Assembly (NCBI GenBank): GCA_963676795.2
Contig: CAXXTB010000001.1
Span: 224,001 to 288,000, forward strand
Direction: 5' to 3'
Source: Geopsychrobacteraceae bacterium
GTDB lineage: Bacteria > Desulfobacterota > Desulfuromonadia > Desulfuromonadales > Geopsychrobacteraceae
DNA: 64,000 nt
Below are positions 55,279 to 64,000 of this stretch, piece by piece; the stretch's first letter is position 1, and each line of letters starts with the position of its first letter. Under the pieces are notes generated by a model. That model searched no databases. It saw only the letters and a program-made list of their open reading frames with translations, and was not told where the DNA came from. A program made the translations under genes and the position numbers.

Positions 55279-55869
55279 ATGAAAAAATCAATTTTTTACC
55301 TAACAATACTTGCTCTGCTTATCTCAACCGTCCTGCCCACCTTAGGATGTGCAAATAACAATTTTCCCAAAATCCATACTGCTCCCTGGCCAACTTCAAG
55401 CAAGCCTAAAGATTTTTCACAGCTAAAATTCGTATTTCTCAACCTAACCCTATCAACAGAATATGCAAAAAGCATCGAAGTTTTTAACTTTGGTGCACCA
55501 GCAATCTGTCTTGCGTCTCATGATGAAAACAAAAGTCTATTTATTTTTCTTCAAGATGAAAACGATGGGTACAAGGAGCTTTACGATAAAGCAGGAGCAA
55601 AAGATATCTATCAATTTTTCAGCCTAATGGGCAATCCAGACATCTCAAATAAAAATTTGATAAAAATTCGAGAAATCTATGGTCTAAATCAAGCTGAAGA
55701 TTATATCCACTACAAAAAAGATAAATTGGACGCATTCTACATAAAGTCAACAGACACGAAACAGTCAGAACTGTTCGTTCTAATAGCCGATACACCGCAA
55801 ATCTACAAATTCAACGGTTACCTTACTAAAGAAATTGTTGAGCAGTTACTATCGTTCTTAAGTCTCTAA
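55279..55869 (+). CDS. Hypothetical lipoprotein
   Basis: Signal peptide ending in TLGC lipobox; GAGG RBS. Confidence 0.7.
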   Translation: MKKSIFYLTILALLISTVLPTLGCANNNFPKIHTAPWPTSSKPKDFSQLKFVFLNLTLSTEYAKSIEVFNFGAPAICLASHDENKSLFIFLQDENDGYKELYDKAGAKDIYQFFSLMGNPDISNKNLIKIREIYGLNQAEDYIHYKKDKLDAFYIKSTDTKQSELFVLIADTPQIYKFNGYLTKEIVEQLLSFLSL

Positions 55870-55880
55870 ACTTTTCAAAA

Positions 55881-55920
55881 TTGTTGATTACCTGCTATTC
55901 TTCCAGCAGGTAATCAACAA
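55881..55920. terminator. Perfect 16-bp hairpin, probable terminator
   Basis: TTGTTGATTACCTGCT-N8-AGCAGGTAATCAACAA. Confidence 0.6.
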
Positions 55921-55950
55921 CCAATATCAATGTGGTTTTCATAGAAAATA

Positions 55951-56894
55951 GAGCACACACGTGGGGTCAAGTCTTGAATTACAACATTTCTATGCTATCC
56001 TTTCCCCATGGCCCGTCAATTACGCATCGAATACCCCGGCGCAATCTACCATGTCACTTCGCGCGGTAATGCCCGCAGCATGATCTATGCTGACGATAAG
56101 GACCGGGAAGATTTCCTGAGAATTCTCGCACTTGTCGTTGAACGTTACCAATGGCTATGCCATGCCTATTGTCTGATGGGGAATCATTATCATCTGTTGA
56201 TAGAAACTCCGGAAGGCAACCTGTCTAAGGGCATGCGCCAGATCAACGGAGTCTATACCCAATCTTACAATCGGCGCCATCAACGGGTTGGACATCTTTT
56301 TCAGGGACGCTTCAAAGCGATTCTGGTTGAAAAAGAAAGCTATCTATTACAGCTCTGCCGCTATATCGTCAGAAATCCCGTTGCTGCAAATCTCTGCCAG
56401 TCTGTTGATCAATGGCCATGGAGCAGTTTTCGAGCAACAGCCGGGGTGACTGAAAGTCCTGACTTTTTGACGGTTCACTGGATATGGCAACAATTTTCAG
56501 AAAAAAAGGAGTCCGCTCAAAATCTATATCGCCATTTCGTCGAAGAGGGTTCCTGCGGTGTCAGCCCGTGGGATTCTTTGATCGGCAGAATTTTCCTGGG
56601 AAGCGATAAGTTTTCGGAAGAATTGAAAGCACGGCTTACCAACCCTGAGTCCTTAGCAGAAATTCCCAAAACTGAACGCTATGCAACACGCCCCGATTTG
56701 CAAAACTTACTCGGATCGGGCTTTTCTTCTCGTATGGAAAAGGCTTCCAGGATTTATCAGGCCCATATGGAATATGGATATACACAAAAACAAATTGCCG
56801 ATTTTTTGAATGTCCATTATTCAACCGTGAGTCGTGCAATCCAAAGAGTCGAGCAAAATGCTTGATTGCAAGACTTGACCCCTCTTGTGTGTTC
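55951..56894 (+). mobile_element. Y1 HUH transposase unit bounded by 26-bp inverted repeats
   Basis: GGGGTCAAGTCTTG (55963-55976) / CAAGACTTGACCCC (56869-56882) perfect, extendable to 23/26. Confidence 0.65.
56008..56865 (+). CDS. RAYT-like Y1 (IS200-fold) transposase with C-terminal HTH
   Basis: YHVTSRGN, HUH motif MGNHYH, FQGRF, RYIVRNP, WPWSS; C-terminal YTQKQIADFLNVHYSTVSR. Confidence 0.88.
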   Translation: MARQLRIEYPGAIYHVTSRGNARSMIYADDKDREDFLRILALVVERYQWLCHAYCLMGNHYHLLIETPEGNLSKGMRQINGVYTQSYNRRHQRVGHLFQGRFKAILVEKESYLLQLCRYIVRNPVAANLCQSVDQWPWSSFRATAGVTESPDFLTVHWIWQQFSEKKESAQNLYRHFVEEGSCGVSPWDSLIGRIFLGSDKFSEELKARLTNPESLAEIPKTERYATRPDLQNLLGSGFSSRMEKASRIYQAHMEYGYTQKQIADFLNVHYSTVSRAIQRVEQNA

Positions 56895-57058
56895 ATGTCG
56901 TTACCGCCATTGAAGGCAGTCGTCAGCAACCAAATCACGCAAAAGGAAAACTGCTGCGCAGATTCAGTGATCACGCAGGCTGACATCGCTGCCAGAGCCT
57001 ATTCAAACCGCTGTGAGTGGCGGACATATTCAGTTTCTTACGTCTACAGGATTTGATC

Positions 57059-57475
57059 ATGAAGAGAATTCTATGTGCAGCATTCCTGACATTGTTTATG
57101 GCCTGCAACAGTTGGGCGCTTGATAGCAATGCCGTATCTGTCGCAGTCTTGGCTAAAACCGCCAATAGCTGGAATGGTGATGCTTTACCGAATTATCCAA
57201 AAGGCCAGCCGGAAGTTACGATTTTAAAAATATCAATTCCGCCGAAAACAAGGTTACCGCTACATCAGCATCCGGTCATTAACGCAGGTGTCTTGATCAA
57301 AGGGGAGTTAACCGTCATGACGGAAGATGGCAAGATATTGCATCTGCAAGCAGGTGACCCAATCGTAGAAGTTACGGATACCTGGCATTTTGGCGAAAAC
57401 ACCGGAAATGAGACTGCCGAAATCATAGTTTTCTATGCCGGCATTCAGAATGAGTCGGTGACCATACAAAAATAA
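57059..57475 (+). CDS. Exported cupin domain protein
   Basis: LHQHP..N, WHFGEN; signal peptide. Confidence 0.8.
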   Translation: MKRILCAAFLTLFMACNSWALDSNAVSVAVLAKTANSWNGDALPNYPKGQPEVTILKISIPPKTRLPLHQHPVINAGVLIKGELTVMTEDGKILHLQAGDPIVEVTDTWHFGENTGNETAEIIVFYAGIQNESVTIQK

Positions 57476-57505
57476 ACTCGGGATACACCGTGAGCAAGGA
57501 TCAAC

Positions 57506-58054
57506 ATGCTTTCTACCAGCCAAAAACTGCTCTGTCTGACCGCCTTGTGCTTCTCTGTTGCACTGTTTTCTTCGCAACCGGCAAAGGCGGCGGATTTTAT
57601 CGACACCAGCGGCGATGTGCTGCAAATCGCCATACCAGCAGCAGCCTACGCGACAACATTTTACCTTGATGACTCTGAAGGACGTAGAGAGTTTTACAAA
57701 TCGTTTTTTACCAGCATTGGCGTCACCTATGGGCTGAAGTATTCTATCGACAAGAAACGCCCGAATGGCAAGGAGCACTCATTTCCGTCCGGGCATACTT
57801 CTGCAGCATTTCAGGGCGCAACCTTTATCCATAAAAGGTACGGGCTGGAATACGGCATTCCGGCCTATATAGGCGCTTCGTTTGTCGGCTACAGTCGGAT
57901 TGAAACGAGAAATCATGACATTGTCGACGTGCTGGCCGGGGCGGCTATCGGCGCAGGCAGCAGCTTCTTTTTCACCGATCGCTATAATGGGTTGTCTGTC
58001 ACCCCTGTTGCCTGCGATGGTTATGTCGGTATAACAATAGGTAAAGCCTGGTAG
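57506..58054 (+). CDS. PAP2 family phosphatase
   Basis: KxxxxxxRP, SFPSGH, SRxxxxxHxxxD. Confidence 0.88.
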   Translation: MLSTSQKLLCLTALCFSVALFSSQPAKAADFIDTSGDVLQIAIPAAAYATTFYLDDSEGRREFYKSFFTSIGVTYGLKYSIDKKRPNGKEHSFPSGHTSAAFQGATFIHKRYGLEYGIPAYIGASFVGYSRIETRNHDIVDVLAGAAIGAGSSFFFTDRYNGLSVTPVACDGYVGITIGKAW

Positions 58055-58101
58055 ACTGGGGCATGACTATAAACCATTGATGACACTTACGGAGTTCAGC
58101 T

Positions 58102-58461
58102 ATGGCGTCTGATGAAAATTTCGTGAAATTCATCGCCGAACAGATCGAGAGCGCCGGTCATATTCGCTACCGGAAGATGTTTGGCGAATACGCACTCTAT
58201 TGCGATGAAAAGGTGGTCGCTCTGATTTGCGATGATCAGCTCTACGTCAAGCCAAGCAGTGCCGGCCGAGCGTTTATCGGCGAGGTCGTCGAAGCTCCGG
58301 CCTATGAAGGAGCCAAGCCGGCTTTTTTGATCGAAGATCAGCTTGACGACAAAGACTGGTTAACCGAGCTGATCAGGCTGACGGCCAATGAGCTGCCGAC
58401 GCCAAAACCGAAAAAAGCGAAAAAAAGCAAGAAACCAGACAAACAGGATTCAGCCCTGTGA
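58102..58461 (+). CDS. TfoX N-terminal domain protein
   Basis: YRKMFGEYALY..LICDDQLYVK. Confidence 0.85.
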   Translation: MASDENFVKFIAEQIESAGHIRYRKMFGEYALYCDEKVVALICDDQLYVKPSSAGRAFIGEVVEAPAYEGAKPAFLIEDQLDDKDWLTELIRLTANELPTPKPKKAKKSKKPDKQDSAL

Positions 58462-58485
58462 TGTCCAGCTGAGCGGTTACAGAAG

Positions 58486-59388
58486 ATGTCGCAGCCAACG
58501 AAACGCTTGTCACATTCAGCCCTGGGGCTCTGTGCGGCCTGCTCAGCAGGCTTTTTCTGGGGAACCGGTGCGGTGATCGTCAATCTGCTGATTGCCGACC
58601 ATGGCTTCAGCCCCGAAAATATCTCGTTCTGGCGGTTTACCGTCGGGGCGCTGGTTCTGCTGGCGGTCTTCCGCAAAAAAATCGCCTGGCAACAACTTAG
58701 ACCACAGCTGAAAACCGTTATTGTCGCCGGGCTGGCCATGGCCGGCTATGTGCTGTGCTGGTTCCTGGGTATAAAGCATATCGGCGCGGCGATCCCGACA
58801 TTGATTGCCCTGTGCCTGCCGCCCGTACTGGTGACCCTCTACGCCTTGCTCCGCAGGCAGGAAACCCTGAATTTTCAACTTGTCGGGCTGTTGCTGGCGG
58901 CGCTGACCGGCACCATTCTGATCGTCTTTCGGCATGACAGCGGAGCCACCGCGACAGATCTCCACGAATTGACCCTCGGGGTGCTATTTGCCACGGCATC
59001 CGCCTGCCTCTATGCCTTTTTTTCCCTGCTCAGCGGGCCGCTGACAAAGCGCCTTGGCGCGGGCCAAACGACAACCTGCGTGACGATTGTCGCGGCTCTG
59101 GTCATGGGGGTTTCCGCCCTGCACCAGCCCCTGTTCTGGCCGGCCGAGGTTCCGCCCCAGGCCTGGTTTCTCTACCTGGGCGTGATCACTGCCGCCCTGG
59201 CGCTGCTCGCATTCAGCTGGGGCGCGGCGCGGCTGACGCCGACCACCCTGACCGTTGCCACCCTGGTCGAACCGCTCACCGCGGTGATCCTGGCAGCAGT
59301 CTTTTTAGGCGAACAGCTCGGCCCCTGGCAATGGTGCGGCGGCGCTCTTCTGCTATTCAGCATCTGGGGGCTGGGACGGCGACGATAA
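58486..59388 (+). CDS. DMT/EamA family transporter
   Basis: About 10 TMs, FWG, WRF, EPLTAVILA..LGE. Confidence 0.88.
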   Translation: MSQPTKRLSHSALGLCAACSAGFFWGTGAVIVNLLIADHGFSPENISFWRFTVGALVLLAVFRKKIAWQQLRPQLKTVIVAGLAMAGYVLCWFLGIKHIGAAIPTLIALCLPPVLVTLYALLRRQETLNFQLVGLLLAALTGTILIVFRHDSGATATDLHELTLGVLFATASACLYAFFSLLSGPLTKRLGAGQTTTCVTIVAALVMGVSALHQPLFWPAEVPPQAWFLYLGVITAALALLAFSWGAARLTPTTLTVATLVEPLTAVILAAVFLGEQLGPWQWCGGALLLFSIWGLGRRR

Positions 59389-59426
59389 GGATCATGGCTG
59401 CCGCTGGTTTATCCTGAGGTTGCCCT

Positions 59427-61328
59427 TCACAGCATATCGGTATAGGGGGTCAGATAGGCGTCGGTGTTCCACGGCCGCCCCAGAAAGCGTTCGATGTCAG
59501 TTGTGGCATCGTAATCATAGCTGTTCGTGTAGATGATCTCTTTCAGGCGCTGCCCCAGTTCGCGATTCATAAACCCGTCTTCCGCCTGCCGGAACTCCGA
59601 AGCGATATCGTCTGCGACCACCTCTGACCAGAGATAACCGTAAACGGTCGCCGGATAGGTAGCCATTTGGGTGGGTATTGAGCTCTCGCTCATCGGACTT
59701 AAATAGTATTCCTCCAGGCTCTGGTTATATAGCGCCAGGGGATCAAATGCCGCATCAGCAATCTCTTCAGCGGTATAATCAGCGTAAGCTCGAAGCCCGA
59801 ACATCGATCCGGCGACACGGAATTTTTCCTCGCGCAGAGCGTTGAAGAACTTTGCCTGAAGAAAACTTGCCATTTCGTCGGCGCTTAATGTCGGTGAATC
59901 ACCCTGAAGAATCTCCAGGACTTGCGGATCACCCATCCAGCGCTCCAGAAGTTGTGACATAAGTTCCAGATAGTCCGCATTTTTAGCAACATAGGTATTG
60001 TAGTAGCTGGTCGTTTCGCAGGCCATATTCAAAAAGTGGCCGAATTCATGGAAAAGGCTGCGGGTTTCGTCCCAGCTCAACAGGGTCTGGCTGTCAGCCT
60101 CTGGTTGGCCAAAATTGCTCTGCAGCAGTAAAACAGGCCGCATCCGCATGCCATCCTGTGTGTAAGATCCGGCAATTGGGGCAATTTGGGTAATCTCCTG
60201 CTTGTTGTCACGGTCATATATATCCAGATAGAGACTGGCCACCGGGTCGCCCGTCCCGGCATCTGTCGCCTCATAGTAGCTCACATTGTCAGCCCAGACG
60301 CTGGTCGGCGCTGGGACCTGCTCCAGATGAATCCCGAAAACACGTTCAGAGATCGTAAGCAGGGCGCGCATGACGTTCTCAAGCGGGAACATCTCTCCGT
60401 AATAATAGAAATGCCTAAAATTGGAGAATTGATAGTCTTCCGCAATCCAGGCATTCTGCCAGGTGGAGAAATCCGTGGCAGAAATCTGGGCAGCGGGGTC
60501 GCCGGTCGCTGCCTGCTTGAGCGCAGCCATCTCCTCTTGCAAAGTCGTGAAAGGGATGTCGAGTTGATCCGAGATGGTCTGGACGAATTCCCTGGCGACT
60601 TCGGGCGTTGCGGCCATTGTCTCGGTAATATAGTAATCGGCCGCACTCTGCTTACCTTTGATATTGGCCAGCAGGGTATGGGTATAAAGCAGCTGCTTGA
60701 AGATAGCGACAGACTCGCTGTCCAACCCCTGGGTCAGATAATAGACCATCTGCTGAAATAGCGACTGGGTCTGAACGCGAAGCAACTCAGACTGTTGCAA
60801 CTGTGCTGATTCCTCAGCGGTCATATCGGGGTTTGTAGTAACCCTCTGCAACAGTTCACGCTCTTCGCCGCTGTAGTCGTCAATACTTGGGTAGAATGAT
60901 GCCAGAACCTCCTGCAACTGTTGATTCAGCTTGATCTCTGTCAGATATTCCGCCAGTTGCGCTATCGCCGCCATGGCGGCAGCCTGCACCTCTGGCGAGG
61001 GTGAAACGGATAATAATTCGGAGAGCACGCTGAAATAGCGGAAGCCCAGATAGCTCAGCCGGTCATAGGGGAGAATACAGTTCTCAAAGGTCTGGGGTTC
61101 GGCATCAATGATGGCCTGAAAGCCTTCTTCCATCTGGCCCAACAAAACCTGTGTTTCCGTTTCTATCTCCGCGGCGCTCTGCGGAAAAGAGATGACGGTA
61201 AACTGGGCAGGGTACTGGGCAGACTCGCTACTTTCATGATCGTGATCACTGCCACAACCGGGCAGGGTCGCAAGCAGAACCACAGAAAGAACGATAACGA
61301 GACTTCGGAGCAGATGTTTGCTTTTCAA
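59427..61328 (-). CDS. M3 family metallopeptidase, lipoprotein
   Basis: LFHEFGH, LYLDIYDRDNK, DYLELMSQLLE, YGYLWSEV, FLGR; LPGC lipobox; start uncertain. Confidence 0.8.
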   Translation of the reverse strand: MKSKHLLRSLVIVLSVVLLATLPGCGSDHDHESSESAQYPAQFTVISFPQSAAEIETETQVLLGQMEEGFQAIIDAEPQTFENCILPYDRLSYLGFRYFSVLSELLSVSPSPEVQAAAMAAIAQLAEYLTEIKLNQQLQEVLASFYPSIDDYSGEERELLQRVTTNPDMTAEESAQLQQSELLRVQTQSLFQQMVYYLTQGLDSESVAIFKQLLYTHTLLANIKGKQSAADYYITETMAATPEVAREFVQTISDQLDIPFTTLQEEMAALKQAATGDPAAQISATDFSTWQNAWIAEDYQFSNFRHFYYYGEMFPLENVMRALLTISERVFGIHLEQVPAPTSVWADNVSYYEATDAGTGDPVASLYLDIYDRDNKQEITQIAPIAGSYTQDGMRMRPVLLLQSNFGQPEADSQTLLSWDETRSLFHEFGHFLNMACETTSYYNTYVAKNADYLELMSQLLERWMGDPQVLEILQGDSPTLSADEMASFLQAKFFNALREEKFRVAGSMFGLRAYADYTAEEIADAAFDPLALYNQSLEEYYLSPMSESSIPTQMATYPATVYGYLWSEVVADDIASEFRQAEDGFMNRELGQRLKEIIYTNSYDYDATTDIERFLGRPWNTDAYLTPYTDML

Positions 61329-61603
61329 GGAGAGGCCCCCAATCGGAAGGTCAGGAAAAATTACCGCTGCCATATAGAGCAGCGTCATCTGGAACCATTA
61401 AATTAACAGAAATCAAGAATTATTCCAGCTCAAGAGAATACTGCCTGGTTTTCTGACCATCAGGAGAGGGCTTGCAGCTGGTGGAAAAAATTCCCATGCC
61501 GACGAATAATTTTCTGCTAATCTGGAAATCTGTCCGCTAAACGATTCGGCGCTTATTAAGCCCAACAATCCGACAAAAAGCCCTAGCTTCAGAGGCAAGA
61601 GCT

Positions 61604-62002
61604 ATGAATTCAGTCGTCACAATCTTACTTTCCCTTATTCCTTTTATCCTGGTTGGCGGCTGGCTGGTCTACAGGGATGTAAATTCCAAGAATTCGCTGC
61701 TGAAAAGATCGAAGCGCCTGGCGAAACGGATCAGGGTCGGCGACAAAATCTACGTCATCAAAAAGAAATCCAGAATCCTCGCCGTGGAAAAGAAATCAGG
61801 CAAAGAAGTCATTGTCACGACCTGCGGTTTCGATAACGAAAATGAGCGGCTCGAAGGGGAGCTGCAAAGCCTCCCGGAAGGGATAAAGGTTTGCTACCGG
61901 CTGGAGAACGGTATTTTCTCGCCGGAGGAAACCGACTGGTTAGCTGGTGAAAACTTCCGTTTTTTAGGAATAACCGAGGTTGAGGAATATGTAGAGGAAT
62001 AA
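61604..62002 (+). CDS. Hypothetical protein with N-terminal TM
   Basis: 132-aa ORF. Confidence 0.6.
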   Translation: MNSVVTILLSLIPFILVGGWLVYRDVNSKNSLLKRSKRLAKRIRVGDKIYVIKKKSRILAVEKKSGKEVIVTTCGFDNENERLEGELQSLPEGIKVCYRLENGIFSPEETDWLAGENFRFLGITEVEEYVEE

Positions 62003-62082
62003 TCCCTGTCAAGCCCGCGTCACCACCGCATGCGGTTTCCCCAGGCGAACAATAAGAAATTACCGGAGAGAGGTCATACACA

Positions 62083-62384
62083 ATGCTTAAGCGAAATGAA
62101 TCCCCCTATATCTCCCATGTTTTGTTTGCACCAATGATCGTAAGGGCGAAAAAAAATCATGTTCAGACAATAACAGCGCGGCAATCAAAGACAGATTGAA
62201 GAGCATTGTGAACGAGAATGGCTGGAAGGAAAAAGTCAGAATTTCCACTTCAGGATGCATGGGTCTTTGTGCCAACGGGCCGAATGTGATCATTTACCCG
62301 CAAAAGATCTGGTTTTCTGAAGTTTCGCCTGATGACGTTGATGAAATCGTCTCAGCCATCGAAAGAATTGTCACCGGCTCCTGA
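62083..62384 (+). pseudogene. Thioredoxin-like [2Fe-2S] ferredoxin, frameshifted (or sequencing error)
   Basis: One extra T in the T4 run at 62120-62123 would join MLKRNESPYISHV to FVCTNDR..SC..SGCMGLCANGP. Confidence 0.7.
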
Positions 62385-62416
62385 TACCGCCAGGGGACAA
62401 CGTTTAAGCAGAGAAA

Positions 62417-62887
62417 ATGACTATCAAACAAGCCCTGTCAAAATCAGAAATCGATGAGGTACGCAAGCTGTTCGGCGAGTACGAGGCGTTCCTGAATGTC
62501 GATCTGTGTTTTCAAGGCTTCACCGAGGAACTTGCCGGTTTGCCGGGCAAATACTCGCGGCCGGACGGGGACCTGCTCATCGGCCTTGACGGGGAGCGAA
62601 TCGTCGGCTGCGTTGCGGTGCGCAGGCTTGAAGACAACGTCTGCGAAATGAAGCGCCTTTTTGTCAGACCCGAGGCAAGAGGGACGAGGCTGGGCAGAAG
62701 GCTGGCCGAGGAGATTATTGTCATCGCCCGACAACTTGGCTACACGCTGATGCGGCTCGACACTCTCGAAAGGCTCACAGAAGCCATACATCTTTATGAA
62801 GCGCTCGGCTTCAGAAGAACCGCGCCCTATTACGAGAATCCACTTTCCGGTGTTGTATACTTGGAGCTGGACCTAAGCGAAAGATGA
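62417..62887 (+). CDS. GNAT acetyltransferase
   Basis: LCFQGF..ELAGLPGKY, CEMKRLFVRPEARG, MRLDT, LYEALGF. Confidence 0.9.
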   Translation: MTIKQALSKSEIDEVRKLFGEYEAFLNVDLCFQGFTEELAGLPGKYSRPDGDLLIGLDGERIVGCVAVRRLEDNVCEMKRLFVRPEARGTRLGRRLAEEIIVIARQLGYTLMRLDTLERLTEAIHLYEALGFRRTAPYYENPLSGVVYLELDLSER

Positions 62888-62972
62888 ATGCGGCAGGGGG
62901 GATGCAGATGTGATCTCGATAAGCCGATAATGTCCATCAACAGAATATTTTGAGCATTCCAACGGAGGTTTT

Positions 62973-63329
62973 GTGAAAAAGTACGTACGTTACATCATGC
63001 TGATATCCTTATGCGCAGCACTCGCGTTACTCTCTGGCTGCGCATCAAAATTCACAGAAATTCAAAGCAGCCCACCCGCCAAGTATGAATCCTTGGGCAG
63101 GGTCACAGGTACCGCCAGCGGCTCGATCGGCGTCCTCAGTACCGCCTACAATGTCATCCCGATGGGACTCAATTCCCGGGTAGAACGCGCCTATCAAGAC
63201 GCTCTGGCAAAAGCGCCCGGCGCAACAGACCTGATCAACGTCACCTATCAGGAGTCCTGGTTTTGGTGGATCATCGGGACGGCCAGAACTGTTACAATTT
63301 CCGGTGAAGCGATAAAGGAATTGCCATGA
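62973..63329 (+). CDS. Hypothetical lipoprotein
   Basis: LSGC lipobox. Confidence 0.75.
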   Translation: MKKYVRYIMLISLCAALALLSGCASKFTEIQSSPPAKYESLGRVTGTASGSIGVLSTAYNVIPMGLNSRVERAYQDALAKAPGATDLINVTYQESWFWWIIGTARTVTISGEAIKELP

Positions 63330-63679
63330 CCTTAAAGAAAATCACAATTCTCGTTGTTGCTCTGAGCGCTTTTGTTCTGGCGGGCTGTGCAGGCAAACCG
63401 GTCACTTTTCAGAACGTCACCCCGGATACAGACCGTACAGCATTCAACTTTGAAAATGGCCGCGAAATTTCCGCATCTGCGAGCGGTTTACAGCTATTGC
63501 TGCTGATCCCGATCAGCATCAACGACCGTCAGGAGCGGGCCTACGAACTGCTCAGAGCTCAGGCCGGCGGCGACTACATTTCAGATATCAAAATTCAGGA
63601 ATCATGGTCCTGGGCATTTGTCGGAACGGTCTATAAAACAACCATCAAGGCAAAAGCCTACCCAAGGAAAGCACAGTAG
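63326..63679 (+). CDS. Hypothetical lipoprotein, paralog of upstream gene
   Basis: LAGC lipobox; shares ASG, IP, ERAY, QESW.W..GT motifs. Confidence 0.75.
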   Translation: MTLKKITILVVALSAFVLAGCAGKPVTFQNVTPDTDRTAFNFENGREISASASGLQLLLLIPISINDRQERAYELLRAQAGGDYISDIKIQESWSWAFVGTVYKTTIKAKAYPRKAQ

Positions 63680-63790
63680 CTTTAATCGAGCACAGGGCCA
63701 TGACTTCCATGGCCCCGTGCTTTGCCATTAGCTCAGAATTCACCAGGTCACAAAGCCAAGACATTCAGCAGGATCAGCTTCAGGACATGC

Positions 63791-64000
63791 ATGAAAGAGA
63801 CATTAAAAGCGCTCGGCCAAAACCTGAAGAATGAAATAACCGTCTACCGGTTATTGGCCAAAGACAAGAGGGTGCCGAAGATCTCCAAGGCCCTGCTGGC
63901 AATCGCCGTATTTTACTTTTTCCTCCCCTTTGACCTCATTCCGGACTTCATCCCGGTCATCGGCCACCTTGATGATCTGATCCTTATCCCGCTGCTGATC
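63791..64000 (+). CDS. YkvA/DUF1232 family protein (partial)
   Basis: PFDLIPDFIPVIGHLDD. Confidence 0.85.
   Translation, partial: MKETLKALGQNLKNEITVYRLLAKDKRVPKISKALLAIAVFYFFLPFDLIPDFIPVIGHLDDLILIPLLI

Noticed and set aside
55881..55920. Perfect hairpin as the final attC
   Set aside because: Too short, no extrahelical bases, and box orientation does not fit attC

Overview
Bacterial chromosomal window, about 55-60% GC by eye. Gene content and dispersed palindromic repeats suggest a Desulfuromonadales-like organism (inference). Positions 1-42885 are mostly ordinary: TetR/RND, a Liv-type ABC transporter, an amidase-permease-gabT-gabD cluster, an ArsR/ArsP operon, a sigma54 two-component system with a DegQ protease, tatBC, nadA, mfd, surA, pdxA, uvrA and cls. 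Positions ~42890-54816 are an AT-rich integron cassette array with four attC sites, an attI-like site and a Pc-like promoter, but no integrase in the window. The main discovery: three near-identical 1658-bp IS110-family elements sit at exactly the same AT dinucleotide in three of the four attC sites. Their 3' non-coding region folds into a two-loop bridge RNA whose guides can be read from the sequence. One loop matches the attC target, with all differences tolerated as G:U wobble, and the other matches the element's own circle junction. The one attC that does not match the guides is unoccupied. An IS1182 element sits at the GTT crossover of one attC and an IS3 sits just inside another cassette, so every cassette junction carries an IS. 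Cassette cargo includes a HEPN-motif protein and two microproteins missing from the ORF track. A Y1 HUH transposase flanked by inverted repeats and a run of small accessory genes follow. All folds and alignments were done by eye.
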